DNA of 63,189 bases, filler included, from Globobulimina sp. (GCA_003354225.1; 26 parts of 26 records of this genome joined end to end with filler, not necessarily neighbours in it); one strand, 5' to 3'; positions 1 through 12,580 are shown, counted from the first letter of the whole stretch. Program-made: numbers and translations. Notes: a model not told the origin generated them from the letters alone.

Positions 1-1
1 T

Positions 2-1186
2 ATGTTGGCGATAGTGCTGATACTACACATTGCAGAAAATTCGAGTAGTTCAACGGACATATTCCGTTTATCTGCAAAGAACACTACATCTCCATTTGTT
101 CAACACGCAGATATTGTAAAAATGAACAATTTGAAACACCAAAAAAATAGTTCATATTTGCAAGATTTGGTTAAATCATTAAATAATTCATTTGGTATCG
201 TAATGAAAGATGTATCAAGAAAAAACAAGAAGAAGCGAACTGAGTATTTGATACAGCATTTAGTAAACAATACGATTAAGGCCGGGATCAAAAGGAAATA
301 CTTGCAAAGAATACCAAACATATATATCCATCATATCTCAAATTGCAATTTAACATATTCAGCTCAATTGTGGTATTATTTAATATCTAATCCAGAAAAT
401 AGAGTCCTTTATATTTCATCAGTGCATACTCAATATATGCCAATGTCCATTCGATTCAATGCGATTTGCAAATTGTTTAAAAAGAAGGCAGTCCTTCGAA
501 ATGTAGTGGATACATTTGTACATTGTTTACAATTTGCAAACAAGTTAGACATAAGTAACAGAAGCGAATTGTTGCATTTTTTATCAATATTACATGTTAT
601 TTGTGATGCACACACATTAAATATAACATTATCAACAATGCAAATAACAAATGGTCTTAAATTACATCAACAGAAATATATCAGCAAAGTTCAAAAAATG
701 ATTGATTTAAATTTAAAAGAGTTGAGATTGCAGCATCCATTTATATTAAATCGCAACTTTGATGAAAATGATGTCAACCGATTTGAGCATAAAACAAAAC
801 GAAATGTTGAATCTGCATTAGGCAAATTATTGAATATAAGAGATCCGAAAAAAGGTAAAGAATATGTAGGTTTTTGGCGATTGTTTGTAAAGATACTTCT
901 TTTGAGCATAGCGGATTTATATGAAACGCTAAAAACAGGCAATTTGGGCAAAGAAGTGAGAGATAAGATGACAAAATTTGATTTTGTGGTGTTGGATATA
1001 ATTTGGTCTTATGATCATTATAACGGAATAAAAGGTGATTTGCATATCGTTGCTCATAATTTTGGACATGTACAGAGATTACAGCGTGATTTAGCACAAT
1101 TTTTAGACGTTCGCTGGAATATACATAAAATGTATATGTCCAATGCATTAACTACAGCTGTTATTAAACAATACAAACATTGTTAG
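2..1186 (+). CDS. Hypothetical protein, probably 5'-partial
   Basis: 394-codon open frame from the contig edge; no recognisable motif. Confidence 0.6.
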   Translation: MLAIVLILHIAENSSSSTDIFRLSAKNTTSPFVQHADIVKMNNLKHQKNSSYLQDLVKSLNNSFGIVMKDVSRKNKKKRTEYLIQHLVNNTIKAGIKRKYLQRIPNIYIHHISNCNLTYSAQLWYYLISNPENRVLYISSVHTQYMPMSIRFNAICKLFKKKAVLRNVVDTFVHCLQFANKLDISNRSELLHFLSILHVICDAHTLNITLSTMQITNGLKLHQQKYISKVQKMIDLNLKELRLQHPFILNRNFDENDVNRFEHKTKRNVESALGKLLNIRDPKKGKEYVGFWRLFVKILLLSIADLYETLKTGNLGKEVRDKMTKFDFVVLDIIWSYDHYNGIKGDLHIVAHNFGHVQRLQRDLAQFLDVRWNIHKMYMSNALTTAVIKQYKHC

Positions 1187-1222
1187 CTATTTCCTGTGTT
1201 TCATTATAATTTATAAAGCCAT

Positions 1223-1264
1223 AAAGTGACGTCGTAAGAAACAATTGGCCCACAAAGTGACGTC
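1223..1264. promoter_or_regulatory. Two direct copies of AAAGTGACGTC (CRE/ATF-like core) upstream of the SET gene
   Basis: Copies at 1223-1233 and 1254-1264 (31-nt period), each followed by (G/T)TAAG. Confidence 0.4.
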
Positions 1265-1340
1265 TTAAGCAAACTAAAAACTTATTTTATCTTTCTTGAG
1301 TACTAGTCAATGTGACTTAATTGCGTGAAAGACAGCAAAT

Positions 1341-1778
1341 ATGGATCAAAGGAAATTGAAACGATTAAAAAAAAGATTTGAAACGGAACACATTTATTTA
1401 AAAAAATCATCAATACGCAATGCTGGAATTGGCGCATTTCTCAAACATGATATTGGAGCTGGAATACGTTTGGGTGAATATAAAGGCAACATATTAAGTG
1501 ACAGTGAAGCAGCAACACTCCCATTATCTCAGCAACACTATTTGTTCGAAATAAAAGTTCGATTTGGTGAGAATAAATTTGTGGATGCTCGCTTACTGAA
1601 ATACTCAAATTGGTGTCGCTTTGTCAATTCAATCAAACAAAGACATCAAAGAAAAAAGGAAAATGTACGATATTATCAGTACAATGAAAAAATATGGCTC
1701 AAAACCACTAGAAAAATAAAGAAAGATGAAGAGTTGATATGTGACTATGGTGATGAATATTGGCTTGACAATGAATGA
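1341..1778 (+). CDS. Stand-alone SET/PR-domain lysine methyltransferase
   Basis: Motifs KSSIRNAGIGAF, LGEYKG, DAR..SNWCRFVNS, DEELICDYGDEYW; 145 aa, intronless. Confidence 0.9.
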   Translation: MDQRKLKRLKKRFETEHIYLKKSSIRNAGIGAFLKHDIGAGIRLGEYKGNILSDSEAATLPLSQQHYLFEIKVRFGENKFVDARLLKYSNWCRFVNSIKQRHQRKKENVRYYQYNEKIWLKTTRKIKKDEELICDYGDEYWLDNE

Positions 1779-1996
1779 AATGTTAAATGTACACAAACTA
1801 CACATGCACCAATTGCAAGACACAGTGCATACATACTATGGTTTTCCAGGTACATGGAATCTTATAAACATCAGAACATATCACACAAATGCAATGTAAT
1901 GCATGCAACGTACGTAAAAACGTGCAAACTCAAATGTTTGCTCAGCAAAGTACTTTGATATTTATTTAATAATAGCAAAAATCGTATTTTGTCAAC

Positions 1997-2337
1997 ATGG
2001 CTTCGCATACTAACTCCATCAATTCGTTGTACGATGAGTATTTTAGCATACATTCGTCATCGTCATTGTTTAAATACGAATCGTACGACGCCAGCAGTCA
2101 GACATTGAATTTTCTAAATTCAACTCATTCACGAAGAACAACAAATGTTTATTCCCCCACACAAATTGCAACAAATAATAATTCGCAATCAAATTCATGC
2201 CTTGTAACTAATAAAGAAAATATGGATATAATTATGAATGATGTCGACCGGGATATTGATATGAATAAAAAAGTAACTCCACAGAATAAGAAAAACTCTG
2301 TTCTTGGAAGGAGATCATTTTCGAATGCATTTAACCA
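1997..2337 (+). CDS. Low-complexity hypothetical protein, 3'-partial
   Basis: ATG-initiated Ser/Asn-rich frame open to the contig end. Confidence 0.45.
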
Positions 2338-2437
2338 NNNNNNNNNNNNNNNNNNNNNNNNNNNNNNNNNNNNNNNNNNNNTTAATTAATTAANNNNNNN
2401 NNNNNNNNNNNNNNNNNNNNNNNNNNNNNNNNNNNNN
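2338..2437. other. Artificial contig linker (first of 25)
   Basis: 44 N + TTAATTAATTAA (stops in all six frames) + 44 N, recurring every ~2.43 kb. Others start at 4774, 7210, 9646, 12082, 14518, 16954, 19389, 21824, 24258, 26692, 29126, 31560, 33994, 36428, 38861, 41294, 43727, 46160, 48593, 51026, 53459, 55892, 58325, 60758. Confidence 0.99.
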
Positions 2438-2438
2438 A

Positions 2439-4773
2439 ATGAAAAAACTAGCTATTATATTGTTTCTTATCGACTACAACGACAGCAATACGGACAAATC
2501 ATCCGATATTACGGCGTCATTAACTATGAGTATTGACTGGCCAAACAAATTAGAATTTGCTTTATTGGAAGATGCGCCCTGTTTACATGCGATGAGTTTC
2601 CGTGATTTGCATTGCGTATTAAACCGCAAAGTACGCGACATGGTGATTATAATCAGCGATCTATACATCCGATCCATCACAGATTTAATTGATAGAAATT
2701 GTGATCCAAACTTGTTGGACATTCATGATCATACTCAACCACCGGAGCAAAAAATGCATGTCGGAAACGATGGAGACGAGCAAGATAATGATACGGCAAT
2801 GAAAGCAACCACATTAAACAGTATATTGTATAGAGACTCCAGTACCATCGAAATGGAGCGATCGCGAGAAGGTGACATGGATACCGAAGATGATATATTG
2901 TCTCCCAATGACCAGAGCTTCAGTCCCAGCGCATCCAAAATGATGAGCACTCCGACCCCATCCAGTCAACACCTGAATGTCGAGCATGAATCGCCAGTGA
3001 AAAGGCATAGAAACAGCAGGAAAAACACAGACAATGAAAGCTATCATATTGCTCCCACCTCATGCATCGAAGAAGCGCCATTGCTGCAAACCCATGGATT
3101 GCTTGAGATTCCTGTCTGTGTCATAAGTATAATCAACACCCAATTTAATCTGGAAAGCGCTGAAAAGCGAGCTTGCTGTGTCTCGGGTTTGCAACTTATT
3201 AATGTGGGTATTAATTCATTTTGGAATATTGACAATGTAATGTTTGCAGAGCAGGAAGCCATACGCATTAATATCGGAGTGGAGGGATTAGATTCGTTCA
3301 TAGCTCCCACCGATATCGATCCAGAAATGAGAGCGTGGATAAAACGGGAAGATTCTGTGCATTTTGAGCGTGATATCGACGAAGAGGAATATACGCCAAC
3401 TTGCGCCCAAATGCGAATCAAAGAGAAGAAGCAGAGGGAACAAAGTGTGTTGCAGTTAATTATGCATCCTACAAATGTGAGTATAGCAATTCTGATACGG
3501 TCGCATGTACAGAAGGAGATAAACAGAATAAACATTTTAATAAAAAATATCGAATTGTCGTTGAATGATGCGCAGTTTCACGATTTGTACGGGATTATTG
3601 CCACTGTGATCGTGCCGACATCGCCGATTGCTGTCGAATATTTGACCAAAGAGTTAGAAATAAAACACAATAACAATGCGGATGGATATGTCAGGAAAGA
3701 TTTAATGTGCGAAATACATAAAATTGAGTGGTTATTAAGCAGTAAATATGCACAATTTGCAATGTGTAGCAATATTTTATTGCGAGATAATAATTTTTGT
3801 AATAATTTGAAAGGAAAAGAGATTGGATTGAAACGTTTGAAATTACGATTGTTAAATTTAGAGAAAAAATGGTCGATAATTTTAGCAATTTCAAAGGTAA
3901 AAAAAGCCGAAAATGAGCCGATTGATGAAAAATTGACAAATTTATTTTTGACGTTGACAGTGGAAAGCTTTCATTTTGAAACCTTTTTATTGAATGTTGG
4001 CGATCACGAACCGTTTTTGAGTATAATTATGAACGGATTTATTATACAAATTAAAGAAAGAGAAGATTTATCTGGATTTATCTGCATTGAATTGTCGTCG
4101 ATTGCGGTGTATAACTTATTGGCTATGAAAAATCCAATTTATCACTCATGGAAAGATATAATCGCTCCATTTATGTACGAAAATGATGGAAAAAATGAGA
4201 AGAAAACTGTGTTGATATCGATACAAATTAAGCATAAATATTGTGCACAATGTCGAGAGATAACTTCTTTTGAATTTAATATTGCTCCGTTACGAATAAA
4301 AATAACCATGCAAATTATTGATACATTCAAGGAATTTTTATCTGGGAAAAATCTAAAAAAACAAAAAAAACACAGAAGGAAAGAAACAAAAAAAAGGGTG
4401 TCCTATGACACCATATCCACTACAAAGAAAATAAAAAATAATTTAACAAAAAGTGCGAAAAATATGATTATGAATGTTAAAAAAAAGAGTGACAATCAAC
4501 ATGAAAATGAAAATGAATATAATGAGCTAATAAACCAATTTCGAAATCACGCGGAGCTAATTTTGCAAAAACAAACGCAATCTATAAAAATATGGAGAGT
4601 GCGAATTGGGTCAATTCATTTATTGTTGAATTTTACAAAGGGACAATCCATAAACAATCAGTTTAATTTTGCATTGAATGCATTGCCATCTGTATTTGAC
4701 ATGAAATTAAAGATTAAACCAAAAACATATGTTTCTAAAACAAATAAACAAGCATTGCATTTATTGAATATAT
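2439..4773 (+). CDS. Bridge-like lipid transfer protein (BLTP2/hobbit/Fmp27-like), C-terminal part, partial
   Basis: Frame open across the contig; segments LSLNDAQFHDLYGII, FEFNIAPLRIKIT..IDTFKEF and RVRIGSIHLLLNF resemble the BLTP2/Apt1 region. Confidence 0.5.
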
Positions 4774-4873
4774 NNNNNNNNNNNNNNNNNNNNNNNNNNN
4801 NNNNNNNNNNNNNNNNNTTAATTAATTAANNNNNNNNNNNNNNNNNNNNNNNNNNNNNNNNNNNNNNNNNNNN

Positions 4874-4909
4874 TCGAAGTTGACCTAGGTTTCGAATCCT
4901 AGTATTCAA
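4874..4909 (+). pseudogene. 3' fragment of a tRNA or tRNA-like sequence at the contig edge
   Basis: T-arm CTAGG-TTTCGAAT-CCTAG (loop one nt too long). Confidence 0.4.
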
Positions 4910-5154
4910 AGTTGAAAACCACTCTAGCTAACCCAAAAACCTTGCCAATCACAAAAGAAGTGTTTAGAAGTTTAAGCCTAAAAAGTCAATTGCTGTTGTA
5001 TTATTTGGTGTGATACGATAAAAGAGTGACAAACAACATATTCAAACAAATGTACAAACAACATTATAATAAAAGTGGCAAACAACATTCACAAACAACA
5101 AAATGTACAAACAACGGAAGTTTGCAAATATTATCATACCCATTTATGTATATA

Positions 5155-6852
5155 TCATTTAACATTACTCGAAAACCATGATTTTAAGAAATCCTCAAAA
5201 TGTAAATCAGTGAGAGATAGCGTATCAATCTCTTTTTGTATTTCTTTATCTTTTTTAAAACGATTTTCATCATAAAACCAAATCGGAAGTATTGTATTTA
5301 AATCTTTTGTCATGAATCTCATAAATCTTTTATTCCACCATAGATATGCTTTAATTTGATTAATTCTTTCACACTGAAAGGAAATCGTAATACCACTCGG
5401 TATCAAACATTCCATTGAATTCATGTGATACATTTCCGGTATTAAATGATCAAAATCTTTATCAACACCACTCGGCAACTTACTACATATTGGTGTTTCA
5501 TACAAAAACCAGATATCAGTCCATCTGTTCGTTTTCCTCCGATCGACGGTAAAACATATTCGCCGATTGTGCGGATAATCAGCACCTTCTTTGACTGGTA
5601 ATGTGCGGATAATATTCTTTCTAAATTCAGCATAAAATCCTCTTAAAGTCTTTAAAATAAATTCACTGTCAATAATACCATCCGATTTTATTTTTTTTGT
5701 ATTATAAAAACATTGATTAACTTTTAATTTCTCTTCAATATCACCAACAGTTTCATACACACTCTTTTTCACCGTCAATATCGGAGTGGTCCCATCTTTA
5801 TACACCACGCCATCCATTTGGAATATTTTATAAACTATAATCGTAAAATCAATCTGAAACGGCGTGCTCCGTCCATTTGTTATCTCGTTTACAAACTGTA
5901 TCACACCGCTGTTATAATAAAATATGTCATACAAATCGTCTTTAATTTGTTTCCGGTCCTTAATGCTTAATGACATTGGAACAATGCACGGGAATAATTT
6001 CGCATAATTATACTGCTTCAATCCCCGCAAAATATACTTAAAAGAGTCCGGATCTTTGATTTTCAGTTTATTACAAAATGGGTATTTAAGCAGCCACGAT
6101 TCCGGCTGCGTGTTAAATAAACGAGTGCTGTACCCAAATTTTAAGAAAATCTTCACCTTCGCTCGAACGTACGCATCAAATAAATACTGCATTAAAGGAA
6201 AGTGATTGTTCAAGCGACCAATCGTAATAACCGGGACCAAGTCGGCCAGTTCGAGGGCACCGCCTTTTAATTGCAGCGTATTTGCCTGCTTTTTAACGAT
6301 CCGCTTCGTTTCGGCAATGTCCTCTGTCGATATCTTAAAATCCCAATCATCGTCAAACGAGAAAAAGAACATTGCCGAGGGATAAAAGTCGCGAATAACC
6401 TCCAATATAACCACAGGAATTGTAAACGCATCAAACTCTCTTTCCAGCATTCGAATATATCCATTAATCAACGCAATATCCGCATCATTTACGTGCGAAA
6501 TGGGAGGCTGTGCGTATTGATGGCAGTACTTTATTAACCTATAAATCTTCTCATTTATCACCGCAATATCTGCAGTTTTGCGACTCAGCGGAAACTTCAA
6601 TTTGTCCGCATCCGCAGCACCCACAAACTCCACAAAAGTGCACTCTTCCGCACCGACCTCAAACTCTTCCAAAATGGCGTCAGAATCCAGTCCATTGTCC
6701 TCTGCATATTCCATAAACTTACCCACACCGTCATCGTTGACATAGTTTCTTCTCCCTAGCTTTTCGTAATAAATCCGCAGGCCATTATCAATCCGTTGCA
6801 GACCGCCCAAATCTTTGCAATCTGCTGCTTCGTCCGCCACATCTTCCGCCAC
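5155..6852 (-). CDS. Lineage-specific hypothetical protein; true start unresolved
   Basis: 565-codon frame with RIDNGL..YY..G.GKF and LINGYIR..IPVVILEVIRDFY motifs. Confidence 0.75.
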   Translation of the reverse strand: MAEDVADEAADCKDLGGLQRIDNGLRIYYEKLGRRNYVNDDGVGKFMEYAEDNGLDSDAILEEFEVGAEECTFVEFVGAADADKLKFPLSRKTADIAVINEKIYRLIKYCHQYAQPPISHVNDADIALINGYIRMLEREFDAFTIPVVILEVIRDFYPSAMFFFSFDDDWDFKISTEDIAETKRIVKKQANTLQLKGGALELADLVPVITIGRLNNHFPLMQYLFDAYVRAKVKIFLKFGYSTRLFNTQPESWLLKYPFCNKLKIKDPDSFKYILRGLKQYNYAKLFPCIVPMSLSIKDRKQIKDDLYDIFYYNSGVIQFVNEITNGRSTPFQIDFTIIVYKIFQMDGVVYKDGTTPILTVKKSVYETVGDIEEKLKVNQCFYNTKKIKSDGIIDSEFILKTLRGFYAEFRKNIIRTLPVKEGADYPHNRRICFTVDRRKTNRWTDIWFLYETPICSKLPSGVDKDFDHLIPEMYHMNSMECLIPSGITISFQCERINQIKAYLWWNKRFMRFMTKDLNTILPIWFYDENRFKKDKEIQKEIDTLSLTDLHFEDFLKSWFSSNVK

Positions 6853-7309
6853 ATCAAACCATGGTCGATCCGGTCGAGGATCCGCCGCCTTTTCCCATTC
6901 CTCATCTGCTTCACTCTGCTCCTCGTCGTCGCCGATGGTGTCAATGATGTGTTCGTATTAAACATGCCATCAAAAACTTACTTGCAACGCATGCCGGATT
7001 CTTCGGATTCCTTGACCATGACTCCAAACTAAACTAAACTAAACAAACTAATAAAGCGTACAAGTAAATCAAACACATAATCAAATCAATCATATGGTAT
7101 TGCTGTTTCTTTTGACTTTTCTTCAATAGTTCTAAATGTCAATGCTCCTTTTGCGTTTGCCGAGGATGGATTCCCCTGACATGATGGCAATTAGCTAGAA
7201 AAAACTGTTNNNNNNNNNNNNNNNNNNNNNNNNNNNNNNNNNNNNNNNNNNNNTTAATTAATTAANNNNNNNNNNNNNNNNNNNNNNNNNNNNNNNNNNN
7301 NNNNNNNNN

Positions 7310-7710
7310 AGAAAAGCACGCACAAAAAAATCTTATCAAACGATCTAGTGAAGTTGGACCAACTATATCAAATTGCCTTTTTCGAATACATAGAAAATAT
7401 GCTTCTTTGCATTTATAATAGGGTATTTACTGACGAATTATTATCTGAAAGTGATATACATTTAGTAGTGCGACGTAAATTAAGCCAAAATATCGCTAAT
7501 TTGACAGAGGCGCAATATCAATCAAAAATGTTGTTTCATGTAGATTGGGAATGGATATGGAATTTATTTAAAAATGAATCTGCTAACTCAGATAAATTAA
7601 GAGTTTTTCGTGAACTTGATCATACAAGTAAAATCAACAATGAATGTCAATTAATATTCAACAAGATAATTCCGTTAGAAGAGCCAACCGCAATCATATG
7701 TCCATTGTAG
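7310..7710 (+). CDS. Hypothetical protein, 5'-partial
   Basis: Open frame near the contig start; no motif. Confidence 0.35.
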
Positions 7711-7768
7711 TGGCTACTTATTATTCAAACAGTCCATTCATCATCAAATTCAATCCTATTTACAACTT

Positions 7769-8578
7769 TTGAATGATATATTTTCGCCTAATTTAGTTTG
7801 TGTGATATTATCAAATTCTACAATTTTAACCTTTTGGATTTTAGGTGGAATATTTTTATATATTGATTGGAATGATAATAAGTTCTGTGACTTTGTCAAA
7901 CAATTTAAAATTCAAAAAGGAACAAACTCACCACCAAATAAAGCAAAATTATTCAATTTATTGTATGTAGTTATTAGAAATCAATTAATTATCTTGTTAT
8001 TTTCTTATTTATTTGCATATAATGCATTCGTTAAAAGAAATATTAATTTTTTGGATAAAAACGAAATTCCATCGTTAAAAACAGTATTCATCGAATTGAT
8101 AATTAACATAACCATTTATGAGATATGTTTCTTTACTCTTCATTTTATGTGCCATCGATTCAGTTTTCTATATGTAAACATCCATAAAATCCATCATCAA
8201 TATACATCGCCAATGGCTATCACTGCAGAATATGCGCATTGGTCGGAACACATTGTTGTCAATGTAATGCCGATGGTTTTGGGAGCATTGTGTTGTGGCT
8301 CTCACATTGTTTCTTTTGTAATATGGTCAAATATTGGAATCACTGCCACAATTCTCGATCATTCAGGTTATCATCTTCCTTTTTTAAAATCACCTCAATT
8401 CCATGACTATCATCATTACGCCACAACAAATAATTTTGGCGCAGTTGGAATGATGGATTATTTATTTGGAACTGATGCAAAATTCAAAACGTCATACAAG
8501 TATAAAATGCATCAAACATTTTATTCAACAAACACTTATTTACAAACAAAAGCAAAATGGATGCAAAAAGCATATTGA
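7769..8578 (+). CDS. Fatty acid hydroxylase / sterol desaturase family (FAXDC2-like)
   Basis: His boxes HFMCH, HKIHH, HSGY, HDYHH and NNFG..DYLFGTD; no in-frame ATG at the start, so start is uncertain. Confidence 0.9.
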   Translation: MNDIFSPNLVCVILSNSTILTFWILGGIFLYIDWNDNKFCDFVKQFKIQKGTNSPPNKAKLFNLLYVVIRNQLIILLFSYLFAYNAFVKRNINFLDKNEIPSLKTVFIELIINITIYEICFFTLHFMCHRFSFLYVNIHKIHHQYTSPMAITAEYAHWSEHIVVNVMPMVLGALCCGSHIVSFVIWSNIGITATILDHSGYHLPFLKSPQFHDYHHYATTNNFGAVGMMDYLFGTDAKFKTSYKYKMHQTFYSTNTYLQTKAKWMQKAY

Positions 8579-8599
8579 TTTTCAGCTTTGACTGTGTAT

Positions 8600-9200
8600 A
8601 TTGATTTAATCAGTGTGCGTTTTTCAGAGATCATGATTTCAAAAAATAAAAAAAATATTATGCGACAAACCTGTATTTGTCCAGGAAAGTATTGTCTTAC
8701 AACATCTCCTTTTCCCATCCTGTATGTTGTACATGTTTTGGATTAATATCAATGTTGTACATGAGATCCAGGTGCGATATCTCTTAATCTGTGTGGAGGC
8801 CTGCCTGAAATTGATGCATTGTTAGCAAAACGATATAAGTGGTCATAATAAGTGGTCATTTAATATCGTCACGTTTTCCTGCAATACATAAGTCCACGGA
8901 TTTCATCACAATCCAGTTCAATTATTGTTGCTGAGAAGAAAGTACCTCTGTGCTTTCCATGTGGAATCATATAATCCACTCTCTATCGCTTGTTTTTAAT
9001 GCTTCTGCTTCTTCCGCGGACATATGTGGTGTAAACGGTACTGTTGTTATATATTCCATTAATTTCATATCAGCAGCATCCACCATGTACAGATTTAATG
9101 GAATTATCCAACTACGATTTTGGTATAGTAATCCTTGCCCAAAGAAAAGGTATAGTAATCCTTGCACAGTTTGGCAGAATGCTACCTTCTGGTTTTAACG
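8600..9200 (-). pseudogene. Decayed coding fragment with several micro-duplications
   Basis: Protein-like pieces in different frames (WIIPLNLYMVD, ASISGRPPHRLRDIAPGSH, RQYFPGQIQV) broken by stops and short direct repeats. Confidence 0.45.
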
Positions 9201-9399
9201 GATAATAAGGTATTTATTATTATAAGTATAAGTTTTATAATGTATTATAAACTGCAATTAATATTTAATATTATGATCTACTTACGGATCATAAAAAAAG
9301 TAACAAAAACAAACAACAAAACAAGTTATTTTACATAAAAAGTTTTATATTGAATGTAAAACAATAAAGTTTTTTATTTATATAAATTTTATATAAGTT

Positions 9400-9645
9400 T
9401 TAAAAATGATTCCAAGGACAATAAACACCCTTTGGACAACCAGTGAAAGTGTTAAATTGCCAACATCGACTGGTTGCAAATGCATTCCTTCCCGCGGACG
9501 CCACATATTTATGTTCCCATTGACATTGTTGACCGCGTCGACAACCAATCATTGTATTAAACTGCCAACACACATTCCCAATAATTGCACTGCCATATCC
9601 ATGTTCCGGTGGTGGTGGCGGATATCGTTCATAATAATTATAATA
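9400..9645 (-). CDS. Tandem CCCH zinc-finger protein, 5'-partial (missing from the ORF track)
   Basis: CWQFNTMIGCRRGQQCQWEH and CWQFNTFTGCPKGVYCPWNH, then TAA. Confidence 0.85.
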   Translation of the reverse strand, partial: YYNYYERYPPPPPEHGYGSAIIGNVCWQFNTMIGCRRGQQCQWEHKYVASAGRNAFATSRCWQFNTFTGCPKGVYCPWNHF

Positions 9646-9745
9646 NNNNNNNNNNNNNNNNNNNNNNNNNNNNNNNNNNNNNNNNNNNNTTAATTAATTA
9701 ANNNNNNNNNNNNNNNNNNNNNNNNNNNNNNNNNNNNNNNNNNNN

Positions 9746-11835
9746 CCAAAACAGCTTCAATATAATAACAATGATGCGAATTCAACTGATGATGGATCCG
9801 GATCCAAAACAATAAAATCACGTCCATTGAGACCAAATGTATCGAATGATCCAACATTAAAATCATGGGTTTGCCAGATTTGTAATGCTATAAATAGTTA
9901 TGTGATTTATGCGGTGTACAGCAGTGTGATTTTATATTGTTTACATTGCGTTTTATATTGTTTAGATTTACAGAAAAGTGTGGATCGAGATTTTGTGTGT
10001 CTACAATGTGATGGACAATATGAACCAGGTCAAGAATTAATCGATGCTCGCGATGAAGATAAACCATTTATTAAATCCAGTGCTATCATTTATTATCAGA
10101 TATGGACCTGTCATAAATGTACATGGCAGAATGATATGCAATGGCTGCTATGTGGTCTATGTAATCATAATCGTCCTCTGGAAGGATTAAACATTCATTA
10201 TGCTGATAAACAACCACGTTTTGCGTCTGCGGAAGAGCAAAACATTCAAAAACATAGAAACGTATATGAATCAAATTTATCAAAAATGGGAGTGGTAAAA
10301 AAAAGTGCTCGATATCCATCATTTGATGGTTCAAAGGGCTCGCCACGTTTAATAAACATATTTGGTGCATTATATCGGAATAAATATCTCAGCTCTCTCA
10401 ATACTTTTGATATTAATAATGATATACAGTCATTAAACAGTTTCTTAACGGTACAATCACACAGTATGTTGCATTGACTATATGTTGACAATCAATGTAA
10501 AATACATTTATAATATACAGCGATGCCAACTGCAGCAACAAGAGGACGAGGTATCGCAATCAATGAGAAAACCGGTTGGATCGCAGCATTGTCAGCATGT
10601 AACATATGGATATTATCACCAAATGGATCGTTGTCATATAATTGTGAGTGTATATATGAATTGGAAGAGAAATATTATGCTTCGGACTTGGTGAAATATT
10701 CAAATTGGAGAATTCGATTTGTTGATAATAATATTTTTGTATTTATATCATCAACAAAGAAAATATTACATTTCCTGTTAAATAATGGTAAATTAACATT
10801 AATACAGATAATATTCGACGATTATTTTATGGACACAAATGTCAAAGATATTATTGTCACAAGCAAAGTATTAATTGTTTTATTCAGTCAATGGTGCGGT
10901 GTTTATAAATTATATCCAAAATTTGAATGGTATCATGTATGTAATATTACATTTTGGTTTAAATAAATAGATAAATTAATATATTTTAATTAGGCCATAT
11001 CATTTGCACAAAAAGAGGTTGATTCGTTTTCATTTGAAATGATAACATATGACGATGCTTTGGATGATGATGAAGAAGAAAAATATCAACAAATCAAACA
11101 TAAAGCATCATATAAAAATTATATATTTATTAACACACAAAATGCGCTCATTGCAATACATCCGGTCAGCCCAAAATTTGAATTTCTTCATATTGCAAGC
11201 AATGTATTGAATGGTGAGACAAAATTTTGTATCTCAAAGCAATACGGAACATTTTATATTTCAAATGAAAGAGATCAAATATTTTTATCACGGACAGTTT
11301 CTAAATCCAGGAAAACAATATGCGAAATTAATGATAATTTTATGACTTATTGTCAAGAATGGAAAGACGAAAAAGAAAATGATAAGAAAAATGTAAAGAA
11401 ACTCGAAGACGATATAACAGCATGTATGATGCTATGAGCATATATATATTTGTATGTATTATGTATATGACTGCTTTACTTAATATTATATTATATACAG
11501 TCGATAATGTTGTGTATGATGAAGGATATGGCATTTCAGGTCGATTATTAATAAATTGTGTTTGTAAAAAAAAATTAAATAAAAATGAAAGAATATTATA
11601 TCAAATGTTCAACCACAATGAATTGAGTTTATTGAAAAGAGAATTAATGAGAAACGATTATTATTTAATGCCTGGCACAAATTGTAAACCATTTAATTTG
11701 ATAGTTTATGTATTTGAGATGTTGTATGGTGAAGATTTTATTGATTTATTATTGCAATCACCTACATTTAATGTTGTTGGTGAATTATCTCAAGATAAAT
11801 CCATTGACATTGACATTGAACAGGAAGGCAATTGA
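9746..11835 (+). CDS. Multi-exon protein with RanBP2-type zinc fingers, 5'-partial
   Basis: WVCQICNAIN..CLQC and WTCHKCTWQN..CGLCNHNRP; ORF pieces separated by about four short AT-rich GT-AG introns. Confidence 0.7.
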
Positions 11836-12580
11836 TTATCGTATATAAATTGTTTGTAATTTTCTTTCTATTATTTCCCTTTATTATTTTTTGTCTATGA
11901 TTGCAAACATTTTGTTTATCAATACAACAGTTATGTGTTATTATATATGTGGTAAAACACTATACGAAGTTTTGATTGTGTTTAATTAAATTGATATGCC
12001 AATTATAGAGCAATATAGGCTTTATAGTTCATAGAGAAATAAACAAACACCTTATAATTTTTCAGACACTCCAACAATAGTNNNNNNNNNNNNNNNNNNN
12101 NNNNNNNNNNNNNNNNNNNNNNNNNTTAATTAATTAANNNNNNNNNNNNNNNNNNNNNNNNNNNNNNNNNNNNNNNNNNNNTTATAACGTGAGACTGTGT
12201 CGCTACTCCTAACTACTACTTTTAATTTTAATTTAAATTAAGCTTTTTAAGCTTTTCTACTGTGCAAAACACAAGCTTTTATTTCGAAAACGCAACAACA
12301 ATTGCTTCGAGAGCTTGGAGAGTAAAATGATCATTTTATTCTATTTATAATATATATGAATCCATTGTCATCGTTTATAATCAAATCCAAAATAGTCATT
12401 ATATATACAATGCAATTTAATCAATAACCATCATCAATATCCATACAATACAAATACAATCAATCTATTTATACAATAAACAATACAACAACAGCTATAA
12501 ATTATATTCAATAATACATGTATTGGCTACTTAATATACAACATTATAACAATAACAACAGTCTAAGTCCATAGCTACGC

